Notes: a model not told the origin generated them from the letters alone. A stretch of DNA of 64,000 nt from Aureliella sp. (GCA_963691875.1 OY829846.1:4096001-4160000), one strand, 5' to 3'; positions 38,909 through 48,720 are shown, counted from the stretch's first letter. Program-made: numbers and translations.

Positions 38909-38991
38909 GGATTGGAAGTTGCGACTCTAAGCTTGGCTTTTAGCGATAAGCCCAACAGAGTCAAAGAGTGCTTGGATTTGTCTCGAATTCT

Positions 38992-40041
38992 CTAATCTAT
39001 CGCCTGATCCTGCAAGGTTTGCATTCCGAGCTCGCAAGCGCAGGCCTGGATCGCTTCGGTGTCTGCGTCGACCAGTAGCGCTTTCTTGAGCGCCCCGAAA
39101 ATTGGTGGTAGTTGCTCGACTAGCAACTGCATGTTGGGGGTGCCTGATTGGCTAGGTGTGGGTTGGAGTTTTTGGCAAAGAGCCAGCGAAAGCCCTGCAG
39201 TCAAATGGGGCAGTGGTACATCCATGTCCAGTAATCGACGCAATGCATCGGCACAACTGCGAGCATGCATGGTCGTGATGACGAGTTGTCCGGTCATCGC
39301 TGCTTGAAAGACTACTTGAGCTGTCTCGGCATCACGAATCTCACCGACCAACATCACTTCGGGATCTTGTCGCAGCAGGGCTCGAAGCCCTTCGGACCAA
39401 CCGTAGCCTTTGTCCGGCTGAATCTGCGATTGGGCGACACCTTCAAGTTCCGATTCTATCGGGTCTTCCAGGCTAACGACGCTCCGCAATTGTTTCGCTG
39501 ACAGAATTTCTCGCAGTGCGGCATAAGCAGTCGAAGTTTTTCCAGCTCCCGCTGATCCGGTTATCAGCATTACTCCAGAGGCTTGTCGCAGGCATTGGTG
39601 CACATCTTCAGCCGTCTTGGATGGCAAGCTGAGATCATCAATCCGCCAAGCTTCGGCCGACAGCGGGATCAAGCGAATTGCAATTCGTTCGCCGTGCAGA
39701 GTTGGAAGGGTACTGACCCGAGCTTCCAGGCGTCGGTCCGAGCCAGCGTCGTCGAGCACCAATCTCCCTTCTTGCGGAACTTCGCTCCGATAAGTCGTCA
39801 GGCCCGCGAGGGCTTTTATACGAGAGTTCAGATTGGTGGACGCACCGCTTGGTGCAACACCAGCTTCTTGGAGCTGGCCAAAAACACGAAGTCGCACCTG
39901 GGTACCGTTGGCCGTTTGATTCAAGTGAACATCGCTGGCGTGCACGTTTATCGCCGCTTGCAAAACGCGTTCGACCGCCAGTCGCGCGTATTCTTCACGC
40001 TTCGGATCAAGGTCTGAAAAGTCAATGGGTGAGCTTGTCAT
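38992..40041 (-). CDS. Short GspE/PilB family secretion ATPase
   Basis: ASDVH, PQEGR, GERIAIR, Walker A GSAGAGKT, EDPIE, LRQDPEVMLVGEIRD. Confidence 0.9.
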   Translation of the reverse strand: MTSSPIDFSDLDPKREEYARLAVERVLQAAINVHASDVHLNQTANGTQVRLRVFGQLQEAGVAPSGASTNLNSRIKALAGLTTYRSEVPQEGRLVLDDAGSDRRLEARVSTLPTLHGERIAIRLIPLSAEAWRIDDLSLPSKTAEDVHQCLRQASGVMLITGSAGAGKTSTAYAALREILSAKQLRSVVSLEDPIESELEGVAQSQIQPDKGYGWSEGLRALLRQDPEVMLVGEIRDAETAQVVFQAAMTGQLVITTMHARSCADALRRLLDMDVPLPHLTAGLSLALCQKLQPTPSQSGTPNMQLLVEQLPPIFGALKKALLVDADTEAIQACACELGMQTLQDQAID

Positions 40042-40049
40042 CTGCCTTG

Positions 40050-40529
40050 CTAGTTCTCCAGCGGTTGCATGCGCAGGCAGTAATCCGACTCGTTGATGCG
40101 ATCTGACAGAAATTGGTAGCTTAGGATGTAGCGTTGGATGCGCCGCAAGTCTTTGTCGACCGCCTTAGATCGATACAAGACTCGGCCAAGCGAGCCGTTG
40201 TCACGGAGATCAGAGAGTTTCGCTGACCGAGCCAGTGGATTTGGTTTTAGCTTGATGACATAGTCCGCATAGCTGTCTTCCTCGCGGTGAGTTATCAGGT
40301 CAACCGCCTCGAGGGTAGCCGGATCAAATTCCATCTGCTTCAAATCTTCGATCGTGACGTCCGTGTCTTCGACTAGATCATGCATCAAGCCGACGAGTTG
40401 TGCCTCTGGCAGGTCGACGCCGTCCATCACTCGCAGGCAGTGCATGAGATACGGCTCGCCATCTTGGTCCGTCACCCCTTGGAATTTCTCCGTCACCAGG
40501 GCAAGGGCTTTGTCAAAATCGCTAGACAT
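40050..40529 (-). CDS. HD-domain protein, small RelA/SpoT hydrolase-like
   Basis: PYLMH..V, HDLVEDT, KLSDLRDN. Confidence 0.8.
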   Translation of the reverse strand: MSSDFDKALALVTEKFQGVTDQDGEPYLMHCLRVMDGVDLPEAQLVGLMHDLVEDTDVTIEDLKQMEFDPATLEAVDLITHREEDSYADYVIKLKPNPLARSAKLSDLRDNGSLGRVLYRSKAVDKDLRRIQRYILSYQFLSDRINESDYCLRMQPLEN

Positions 40530-40566
40530 GTGAACTAGAAGTGAAAAAAGAGCTTTGATAGCGGTA

Positions 40567-41703
40567 TTATCGATTCAAGAATTTGATGCAAACCGGCGAG
40601 CCGACAGTGATGCGCGAGTTTGCTGATGATAGCTTCCCAGACTTTTCGTCAATTTGAAAAAGCACGACAGAGTCTGTACTCTGATTCTCGGTCAGCAAGA
40701 ATTTGCCTGTCGGATCGATACGAAAATTGCGAGGAGTTTCACCACCCGTGTTGGTGTGACTGATAGGTGTTAGCCTCCCCTTATTAAACCGAAAACCCGC
40801 GATGCTGTGGTGGCCGCGGTTGGAGCCGTACACAAATTTGCCGCTAGGATGCACGAGAACCTCGGCCGTGGAGTACCCCTTCTGGAGCTCGCCTGGCAAG
40901 GTCGACAGCCTTTCGGATTCTGTGAGCATACCGCTTTTGCTGTTCCAGCTGCAGGTACTTAGTTGGCAAGTCAGTTCATGAATGACAAAGGCGTGTTTGC
41001 CTTTCGGGTGAAAGGCGATGTGTCTTGGTCCACTACCTGGTTTGAAGTGCGTTACAGAGTGTTTCTCGCCAAGCCTGTTTTCATCGAGTTTGTAGATCAA
41101 GACTTGGTCAAGGCCGAGGTCGACTGCTGCGGCGTATTGGTCTGATGGATCGGGCAAGATGCAGTGAGCATGTGGTGCTTTCTGTCGTTGGTGAACGCTG
41201 CTGCCAGTGTGTTGAATGAGGTGGATTTCTCCGAGCTTGCCTATCTCGTCTAAGGGAAAGGAAGTCACGCTACCGCCGCTGTAGTTTGCGACGAGGGCAC
41301 TCTTGCCGTCGGCAGTAACAGACACGAAGCAGGGTGCGCCGCCATCTGTCGATCTGTGACTGATTTCAGTGAGGCCGAAGTCAGATCCAATCTTGAAAGC
41401 GGTGATCTGATGATCGCTGGCGGCAACTTCGCTAACTGCGTACAGAACATCAAGGGTTGGATGCAATGTGAGAAAGGATGGGTTTTCAAGCTTGGCAACC
41501 AACTTGGGGTCGGAAAGCTTTGCCGTTTTGGAATCCAGGTAGCTCAAGTAGATCCCTTGGCTGTCTCCGCCGGTATAAGTGCCGATATAGAAAGGCTGTT
41601 TGGATGATTGTTGGGCCGAAGCGTCAGTACAGAGTAAAACGCCAAGGAGTAAAAACGCTAGTGTCGAGGAAGCATACGGGGCGGGTTTTGCAGTGAGAGG
41701 CAT
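40567..41703 (-). CDS. pgl: Exported lactonase family protein (6-phosphogluconolactonase-like beta-propeller)
   Basis: YIGTYT, NPSFL, ANYSGG, HAHC, GPRH, SNRGH, PRNF; start set at MPLTAK. Confidence 0.88.
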   Translation of the reverse strand: MPLTAKPAPYASSTLAFLLLGVLLCTDASAQQSSKQPFYIGTYTGGDSQGIYLSYLDSKTAKLSDPKLVAKLENPSFLTLHPTLDVLYAVSEVAASDHQITAFKIGSDFGLTEISHRSTDGGAPCFVSVTADGKSALVANYSGGSVTSFPLDEIGKLGEIHLIQHTGSSVHQRQKAPHAHCILPDPSDQYAAAVDLGLDQVLIYKLDENRLGEKHSVTHFKPGSGPRHIAFHPKGKHAFVIHELTCQLSTCSWNSKSGMLTESERLSTLPGELQKGYSTAEVLVHPSGKFVYGSNRGHHSIAGFRFNKGRLTPISHTNTGGETPRNFRIDPTGKFLLTENQSTDSVVLFQIDEKSGKLSSANSRITVGSPVCIKFLNR

Positions 41704-42007
41704 AGTGAGAAGGTGTGCAGGCAAAAGAGGTGGGAGAAACTTCTGATTTTCAAGCAAAAGCGAGATGCTCGCTCATCATAACAGACCTGAGCCCTTTCGA
41801 GCGCTTGTAAATGGTAACCTTCGTTCCGCGAAAGCTTCCTGGTGCTTTGGCAGAGCAAAATTCGACCAAGATTGAAACTCTGGTCAGTCCTTCATCAGCA
41901 GCCCAGTCTGCTGGAATGCACTCATGCTGGAAAGTAGAATCCTCGAGTCTTTATAGCGACTCACCATTGTCCTTTGTCTGTTCCGCAATCAAAAGTGTCT
42001 GTTTCGG

Positions 42008-43066
42008 ATGAGCAGTTTGACCACCAATGTGGTTGATGCAGAGATTCTCCAGGAAGTGTCTGCGCGGCATCTCGTGGATGCCCTCAAGCTGCGCTTGGCG
42101 GTGCAGGTAGCTCCAGTGAAGTGGCAAGCGCCGCTAAGCCAACTCGCGGATGCCATGGAGCAGGGCAAGGCTCTGGAAGAGGTCGTTCAGTCTGGTGCTA
42201 GTCGGATGCCGAAAGAGCTGAAGTGTTTGGTTCAAGAATCGATCAAGCTCCCTGAGCCAGGTCAATTCCTGGTGGAGTGCCTGAAGGCGAGGGACGAGAT
42301 CCGCTCGAGCTGGCGCGACTTGGCACGTTTGTGCATCTATCCGGTGTGTTTGCTCGTTTTTTCCTTGCTGGTGGGAGTTGGTTTCAGTTTCTGCATCAAC
42401 TACATGATCGACACAACTTGGATCGAAGACTTCGGCCTCGCAGGTGTTGAATCCACGGTGGAGGCTTTGCGAGATCAACACCATGCTATGATTTCGATGG
42501 CGTTGATTCTGGGATGGGTAGGCCTCCTATTGTTAACAATCTATTTCGTCGGTCCGCCGTGGGCATGGGTTGCTGTGATGGGAGGTGTGATGCTGGTTGG
42601 CAAACCGCTTCGTTGGCTACATATGCGCGAGATCCTGCATCGCTATTACTTGTTTATTTACCAAGGGCTTTCGCTACCAGAAGCATCGACAGCCGTTTCG
42701 CGAAGTTTCTCTGCTAGTAGTCAGGCCGTTGTGACTCGCAAGATCTCCGAGCGAATTGAGGCGGGGACCACTTTGGGGCACGCGCTGGCAAGTTCACTAT
42801 TGTCCGACGGTATCCTTCGCCCGATCCTGTTCATGATGGACCAAAGGCAAGATTTGACATCTGCCCTTCGGGAGAACGCTCAGTTGCTTGGCTGGCTCGT
42901 TGATCGACGATGTCGTGGGCTATCTGCAATGGTGCCGGTGTTCATGTTGTTGGGCGTTGGAGCTGTGGTCTGGAGTGCTCTGACGGTGTACTTCTTGGGG
43001 CTTTCTCCGTTGATCACGATGATTTCAATGTTGGCGACATGGGAGATGCAGTGGGTGATTTTTTAA
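42008..43066 (+). CDS. Divergent GspF/PilC family protein
   Basis: LADAMEQGKAL, IYPVCLL..IEDFGL, IEAGTTLGHAL; three TM regions. Confidence 0.7.
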   Translation: MSSLTTNVVDAEILQEVSARHLVDALKLRLAVQVAPVKWQAPLSQLADAMEQGKALEEVVQSGASRMPKELKCLVQESIKLPEPGQFLVECLKARDEIRSSWRDLARLCIYPVCLLVFSLLVGVGFSFCINYMIDTTWIEDFGLAGVESTVEALRDQHHAMISMALILGWVGLLLLTIYFVGPPWAWVAVMGGVMLVGKPLRWLHMREILHRYYLFIYQGLSLPEASTAVSRSFSASSQAVVTRKISERIEAGTTLGHALASSLLSDGILRPILFMMDQRQDLTSALRENAQLLGWLVDRRCRGLSAMVPVFMLLGVGAVVWSALTVYFLGLSPLITMISMLATWEMQWVIF

Positions 43067-43092
43067 TGATCTCTGGCTAATGATTTGTTGAT

Positions 43093-44364
43093 ATGTTTTT
43101 TCAGACTTCCAACTGCCTGATTTTGGTTCCAATCGCACTCAGCCTATTCGTGGCGGTGCGTTTGTCATTGGGCAGTATGGACAATGCAAAACGATCTTGG
43201 CTACTCAGTGCGGTGCAGGCAAGCATCGTTTTGATGCTGCTGTTTGGCATCTTTTCTCTCGGAGTTCGGGCTCATAGAACTGCCTTGGCGTGGCCGGTTT
43301 TGCTTGCCGCAGCTGGTTTTGTTGTGCTTTGGAAAAGGCGCGCGTTGGAACGTGATGCAATGTTGCAGATGGCTGTCCAGGTAGATGAACTCGAGCGGCA
43401 GCAAGCTTTGGCGACTTTCCTGGCCGAACACAATGTTGGCTGGCTGCGTCGTCGTGCGCGGGAGTTGCAAGAAGATCTAGCCGCAGGTATTCCTTGGTTC
43501 ATGGCATTAGAGATGCGAGGTGTGGCGCAAGGTGCCTATGAGAGGTTGGCGCTGCGAATGCAACATCTTTTCGGCAAGCAGAAAGAAGGGGAAGCCGCGC
43601 CTTCGCAGGTTATGTCACCGCTGAATGTGGAAATGGAGGCAGAGCGACTGTTCGGGCGAATGATGGTCTTGTTTTGGTTCGTCAAAGTCGGTCCCATTCT
43701 AGGGCTCATGGCCTGGCTCATCTTGCCCACGTTTGTCGATATGTTCGATGAGTTTGGCATCGAGATGACTGGATCGATGCAACTCCTAGTTTGGATGTCT
43801 GACATGTCGGTCAGCTACTTTGCCGTCCCGATCCTTGTTTTTGTTTGGTGGATCATGATGTTCTCAGGCATCGGTTTTGTGATTTGGCTTTTTCCAGCTG
43901 TATTGCAAATGCCGGTCTTTCGATGGCTGACGGGGCGTTATTACTACGGAGCAGGGTTTGTTGCCTTGTCGCGGGCATTGGAGGAAGAGAAGAATCTACC
44001 CGAAGCCTTCGACTGCAGTGGACGGCTGGTTCCGGTTGGTTTTGTTGCAGCTAATTTTCGGCAGATTGCGAAAAGGTTGCGTTCCGGAGAAGAACTGGCG
44101 GCCGCAATGCAGAGATCGGGTACGGTGGCGAAACGAGAGATGGAATTGTTCACTGAGGATGTAATTGGTGTTGACTGGGCCCGAGATCCGGTCTGGGGAC
44201 TGCGACAGCTTTCGGCATGGAAGGTCGAGCGGATGTTAGCGCGTTATTCACTTTTGGTGCAAGTGTGCGTGTTCTCGATGACGATCCTCACGGGATCGGT
44301 GATTGGTTTTTTCGGGTTGGCTGTCATCTCGAGTCTGGCACAGCTCATCCTCGCAATTGAGTAG
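43093..44364 (+). CDS. Divergent GspF/PilC family protein with extra N-terminal TM helices
   Basis: DLAAGIP, ILPTFVDMFDEFGIEM, LRSGEELAAAM. Confidence 0.75.
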   Translation: MFFQTSNCLILVPIALSLFVAVRLSLGSMDNAKRSWLLSAVQASIVLMLLFGIFSLGVRAHRTALAWPVLLAAAGFVVLWKRRALERDAMLQMAVQVDELERQQALATFLAEHNVGWLRRRARELQEDLAAGIPWFMALEMRGVAQGAYERLALRMQHLFGKQKEGEAAPSQVMSPLNVEMEAERLFGRMMVLFWFVKVGPILGLMAWLILPTFVDMFDEFGIEMTGSMQLLVWMSDMSVSYFAVPILVFVWWIMMFSGIGFVIWLFPAVLQMPVFRWLTGRYYYGAGFVALSRALEEEKNLPEAFDCSGRLVPVGFVAANFRQIAKRLRSGEELAAAMQRSGTVAKREMELFTEDVIGVDWARDPVWGLRQLSAWKVERMLARYSLLVQVCVFSMTILTGSVIGFFGLAVISSLAQLILAIE

Positions 44365-44411
44365 GTTTTCGCAATGTCAAGAAATTGGTTGGACTCGACT
44401 GTGAGTTTGCT

Positions 44412-44840
44412 ATGAATCGCAGAGCCATGAGTGTTACTGAAACCGTGGTTGCTGTTCTTGTGTTGGGAGTGGCATCTGGGTTGGTGCTGCGCTTTGCCGT
44501 GCAAATCAAAGGCGGTTTGCAGCAAAGGGAGCTAAGTTCACGGTTAACTTGGGAACTGCTGAATGCACGCGAACAAATTGGCTCGTGGTCTGTGAAAGAG
44601 GTGACTGAGTCCAGGATCGCTGAATTACCGATTTCTGACGGTTTATGGCAGCAGGTTTCTGATCTCCGCTGGGAAGCAGAGTTGAGGGAGATCGATTCGC
44701 CTGTCGATGCCAAGCAAGTCGGTCTGAGCTTGTGTTGCCGATACGGTGGTCAGGTAATCAAGCCCAGACAGCTGACTTTCTGGGTGCTGGAAAAGCGAGG
44801 GCAGTCTACTCCAACCTCTCAGGAGAAGTTGGATGAATAG
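44412..44840 (+). CDS. Pseudopilin/minor pilin (GspI/PilV-like)
   Basis: MNRRA|MSVTE prepilin-like N-terminus with E5 and a hydrophobic helix. Confidence 0.7.
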   Translation: MNRRAMSVTETVVAVLVLGVASGLVLRFAVQIKGGLQQRELSSRLTWELLNAREQIGSWSVKEVTESRIAELPISDGLWQQVSDLRWEAELREIDSPVDAKQVGLSLCCRYGGQVIKPRQLTFWVLEKRGQSTPTSQEKLDE

Positions 44841-45435
44841 AAGATGGCATAATCAAAGGCAGGCAGATACAAGGCGGGCTGGAGTTTCGCTGATTCACAC
44901 TTTAGTAATGATCGTTGTGGTCGGATCGTTGACTACGTTTTCTATGTCGGTTGTTTACCAGGCCTATGCTTCTCATCATCGTGCCGTCGAGCATGTTAAT
45001 AAATGGCAGCGTTTGAATTTATTGCGAGAGAGATTCTGCGAAGATGCCCATCGGAGTGCGTCCGCTGAGATTGATGAAATTCTGGTGCTCAGTGCTGGCA
45101 ACGAGGAATTTACCTATAAGCTTGAGGGTGACGAGGTGATCCGAACTCATTTGTCACAAGGAAATCAAGTAGCCAAGCAAAGCTGGGTGCTTCCTGGTCT
45201 CGTAGCAGGCAATTGGTGTATCGATGAATCGGGAGCACTGCCGTTGTTACGATGGGAGCTGAGTTGGCGGGAGGGCTACACTAAATCATGGCCTGATCAG
45301 GTTGGAGTAGCGAAATCAGAAGAAACAACATCCCCGCGACAGCTAACATGGTTGACGCGAATCCGAGTTTTCGAAGAGGAATTCGACCTTAAGGCCAATG
45401 GTTCGATGCAGGGAGGAAGCGATGTCTTGGAGTAG
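44833..45435 (+). CDS. Pseudopilin/minor pilin (GspJ/PilW-like)
   Basis: RRAG|VSLIH plus hydrophobic helix; overlaps both neighbours. Confidence 0.68.
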   Translation: MNRRWHNQRQADTRRAGVSLIHTLVMIVVVGSLTTFSMSVVYQAYASHHRAVEHVNKWQRLNLLRERFCEDAHRSASAEIDEILVLSAGNEEFTYKLEGDEVIRTHLSQGNQVAKQSWVLPGLVAGNWCIDESGALPLLRWELSWREGYTKSWPDQVGVAKSEETTSPRQLTWLTRIRVFEEEFDLKANGSMQGGSDVLE

Positions 45436-45901
45436 AAGCCGGCGTCAAGCTGCGATTCTGATGCTGGTCCTTGTTGTGCTTGCTGTGGCGGGGCTGTTAG
45501 GTTTGCAGGCAGTGCAATCGCTCGTGTTGATACGCTCAGCGGAATCGCAGCGACAGCAAATGATGCAATCCAAAGAAGTGCTTGAGTTTGCTCGTCAAGC
45601 AGCAGCGGTTGGCGGGCGATTTGAGACGACTGAAGTTGCAGTAGAGGAGCAAACAGCAGAGCTATCGGTTGACGGCGAGTCCGAAGAAGGCGCAGGACTC
45701 ATGCGTGTGGTGGTTCGCTATCCATTGGGTGAGCCGTCCGAATTGAAGACAAGCTGGCCGGTACAACTACGAAATAGAGGGTCGGAAGTCGAGCCTGCTT
45801 TGGAGTTGGATTCTGAGTCCAAAGCGGAATCGGAACCTGAAGCGAACAGGCGTTCTGAAGTGTCCAAGAACACTGATCAGGTCGATCAAGAAAAGAACTA
45901 G
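45422..45901 (+). CDS. Pseudopilin (GspK/PilX-like, no E5)
   Basis: RRQA|AILMLVLVVL basic leader then hydrophobic helix. Confidence 0.6.
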   Translation: MSWSRSRRQAAILMLVLVVLAVAGLLGLQAVQSLVLIRSAESQRQQMMQSKEVLEFARQAAAVGGRFETTEVAVEEQTAELSVDGESEEGAGLMRVVVRYPLGEPSELKTSWPVQLRNRGSEVEPALELDSESKAESEPEANRRSEVSKNTDQVDQEKN

Positions 45902-45927
45902 CTTATATCCAAGCATAGGGATAGATC

Positions 45928-47202
45928 ATGAAGCGAAGAATCAATCAAGTCGCTAGCCATCAGGACGCAGTATTTCGTTGCGGTTTTACGCTCGTCGAGT
46001 TACTGGTGGTGATCGCCATCATCGGGATCTTGGTGGGGCTGCTACTTCCTGCGGTCCAAGCGGCTCGAGAAGCAGCCCGCCGTATGCAGTGTTCGAACAA
46101 TCTGTCGCAGCTTGGGCTGGCGGTTCACAACTACGAGATGGCACATCGCCGTTTGCCCCCCGGTACGATCAACGGCAAGGGCCCAATCGTGCATTTGCCC
46201 GTTGGCTTCCATCACAGCTGGATCGTTCAGGTCTTACCCATGATGGGCGAACGCGCGGCTTGGGATCGTATCGATCACTCGCGGTCAGTGTATGCCAAAG
46301 CGAATTTTCCGGTTCGACGATATGAGATTGGTTTCCTCAATTGTCCTTCGTCTCTTGGAGGTGGTGTTTTCTCCGCCTACGCAGGCTTTCATGACAGTCG
46401 CGAAGTTCCAATCGATGAAGATAACAACGGCATGTTCGTACTCAATCGTTGCTTGAAGATCGATGATGTTTACGACGGTCTTGCAAACACTCTGATGCTG
46501 GGAGAAAAGGTTTCCGACTCAACGGATTTAGGCTGGATGAGTGGCACTCGGGCTACGCTTCGCAACGCAGGCACTTTGCCGAATTCGGGTCGTCCGGCAG
46601 CAGCTACTGGGATGCCACCAGGATTTGCCTCTTATGTTTCCGGCTATGGTGGAGGCGGCTACGGTGGGGCAGGTGCTGGTTATGGTGCTGGCAGCTATGG
46701 AGACGAGTCTGCAGATGCGGAAGCAAATGAGCCGGAGTCGGAGTCGACAGAAGATTCTGCTAGTGAGTCCGCTGTTAAGGAAAACGAAGCCGACGAAAAA
46801 AAGAACAAATCTGAAGCAGTTTCAGATGGCTCCGTCGACAAGATTGCTGAAGATTCCGGCTATGGTTCCGAGAGTTATGGAGGTGGAGGCTACGGTAGCG
46901 GTTTTAGTTTGGCAGCAAATCGAGGTGTCGTTCGAACGAAGGAAGCTCCCATTGCCGGTGGAGAAGCAATGGATCGAAGGCCTCCAGCAAAGTGGCTCGC
47001 CATCAAAGATCTACCGTCAATCATGACGGGGATGCCCAACACAGGAATGCAGGTTGGTGGGATTAGCAGCTATCACGTTGGTGGATGCAACGTCGTTGCG
47101 GGCGACGGCGCTTGCCACTTCCTCACTGATTCTATCGATCATGCGGTCTTCCAACGCTTGGTAAATCGGTCAGACAAGAGTTTGGTCGGTTATAGGTGGT
47201 AG
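45928..47202 (+). CDS. DUF1559 prepilin-type protein with low-complexity insert
   Basis: [29 protein letters not shown]9-DG ([12 protein letters not shown]). Confidence 0.92.
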   Translation: MKRRINQVASHQDAVFRCGFTLVELLVVIAIIGILVGLLLPAVQAAREAARRMQCSNNLSQLGLAVHNYEMAHRRLPPGTINGKGPIVHLPVGFHHSWIVQVLPMMGERAAWDRIDHSRSVYAKANFPVRRYEIGFLNCPSSLGGGVFSAYAGFHDSREVPIDEDNNGMFVLNRCLKIDDVYDGLANTLMLGEKVSDSTDLGWMSGTRATLRNAGTLPNSGRPAAATGMPPGFASYVSGYGGGGYGGAGAGYGAGSYGDESADAEANEPESESTEDSASESAVKENEADEKKNKSEAVSDGSVDKIAEDSGYGSESYGGGGYGSGFSLAANRGVVRTKEAPIAGGEAMDRRPPAKWLAIKDLPSIMTGMPNTGMQVGGISSYHVGGCNVVAGDGACHFLTDSIDHAVFQRLVNRSDKSLVGYRW

Positions 47203-47206
47203 CGAG

Positions 47207-47611
47207 ATGGTCAAAGCTGATCCATTCGAGTTTGAGAAGCGGAGTGAGCAGTCCGTGCAGAGCCCGCTGACGATCACTCTGTTGTTTTATATTGTCACGA
47301 TGGGCGGAATTGTTTCTGCCTGCCTGGCGACGTTGGGTGGCAACGAGAATGTGACAGTTCTTGCTGTAGCAGCCGCTTTAGGAGTCGGGGCGACGATCGG
47401 AATTAAGCTCGGAGTTTTCGTCGGGCTTTTCTACTTCCGGCGCTTGCGAGACTGCGGCGTCGGTGCCGTGGTAGGAGCGGGAGTTGGCCTAGTCGCTGGC
47501 GGACTGTCTCTCGTTTCCAGCGAGGACTACTGGACGGTCGCCTCGCTCAGTTTCGTTGGCTGCTGGTTACTTGTCGTGTTAATGCTTGCTTCGGCCAGGT
47601 TTCGAAAGTGA
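47207..47611 (+). CDS. Small hypothetical membrane protein
   Basis: About four Gly-rich hydrophobic segments; begins 4 bp after the DUF1559 stop. Confidence 0.7.
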   Translation: MVKADPFEFEKRSEQSVQSPLTITLLFYIVTMGGIVSACLATLGGNENVTVLAVAAALGVGATIGIKLGVFVGLFYFRRLRDCGVGAVVGAGVGLVAGGLSLVSSEDYWTVASLSFVGCWLLVVLMLASARFRK

Positions 47612-47617
47612 ACAAAA

Positions 47618-47682
47618 CGTAGTGGGATTCGCGAGAATTCCGGATGGACGGAGATGAGAGAATTCTGGCGAATCCCACTACG
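47618..47682. repeat. GTAG-tagged inverted REP-like doublet, family B
   Basis: CGTAGTGGGATTCGCGAGAATTC / GAATTCTGGCGAATCCCACTACG, 22 of 23 complementary, 19-nt spacer, between convergent genes. Confidence 0.88.
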
Positions 47683-47703
47683 GGCAAGGTTTTAAGCTTA
47701 GCT

Positions 47704-48720
47704 TTATGCGTTGAGCTTGACTTTGGCGCTGTCGGCGATGTTGACCCAGACGTGGACGTGTGGGGCGCCGCGGAAGTGCCAAACAAACGAAGGACCCTCT
47801 AGCCGCCAGTTGTCCCAGACCTTGTCCTGTCCGATGTCCTTGTCTGTAAAGAAGGACAGGTAGCATGCGTCCAAACCGCCTTGGGTCTTCAAACACTGCA
47901 GGGCTTCCTCCTGATCCGACTTGCGAAAGGGCTCGACGAGCTTTGCAAGTACTTTTTGCATTTGCTCTTTCTGGTCGCCTGACATGTCGGTGATGGGGAT
48001 GCCGCCGAAACGACCGTCCGCTCCCTTGAAGGCGATGCGGCTTTCGCCTGGTGAGCGAGCGACTTCGGCCTGCTTGCGTTGCTTACCGCTGAGCATCTCG
48101 TAAACCTTGTTGGCTTCAACGGCTTGTTGCCAAAAAACATTGCCGCCATGATCGGCTTCTTCGTCACCACCAGTCGGGGCATGTCCGTAGAAGATGGGAC
48201 CACCAAATGCGACGTGGTCTTGCGAGTTGCCATCGCAGCGCAAGGTCATGTGACGACCGGTGAGCACGAACTCAAAGTCGCCTTGTCCGGGCTGGCCAAA
48301 GATTGCGATGCTTTGCTCTTCGCCAAAGCCACCGCAGTCGTCTTCGAGTTGCTTGTCGAAGTTGGCATGCCATTCGGGGGCCACCACGTGTTCGAAGACT
48401 TTGCGAATCAAGTCACGTTGTTCGTCGGAATAAAATTCGCCATTAACTTCCTTGTTGTTGATCATCCAATTTGCTGATACCCGGGAGCGGAGCAAGCCAC
48501 GTTTTTTGTCTACGTGATTCCAGTCGTAGCAGACCGCCTTCTTTTGTTCGGGTTTCAGCGATTCGTACAGGACTTTAACAAAGGACTCGGCATCCTTTTT
48601 TAAGCTAGTCTCGTTCGCGAGAGCCGGAGCAGCGATGCAACCTGCGGCCGCAACCCCAGCGGCGGACTGTTTTAGGAACTGTCGACGGTCGGAACTACTG
48701 TTATTTTCAGGCTGACTCAT
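47704..48720 (-). CDS. Tat-exported DUF3500-like protein
   Basis: DRRQFLK twin-arginine leader; TGRHMTLR, FGGPIFYG, WRLEGPSFVW, PHVH. Confidence 0.75.
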   Translation of the reverse strand: MSQPENNSSSDRRQFLKQSAAGVAAAGCIAAPALANETSLKKDAESFVKVLYESLKPEQKKAVCYDWNHVDKKRGLLRSRVSANWMINNKEVNGEFYSDEQRDLIRKVFEHVVAPEWHANFDKQLEDDCGGFGEEQSIAIFGQPGQGDFEFVLTGRHMTLRCDGNSQDHVAFGGPIFYGHAPTGGDEEADHGGNVFWQQAVEANKVYEMLSGKQRKQAEVARSPGESRIAFKGADGRFGGIPITDMSGDQKEQMQKVLAKLVEPFRKSDQEEALQCLKTQGGLDACYLSFFTDKDIGQDKVWDNWRLEGPSFVWHFRGAPHVHVWVNIADSAKVKLNA

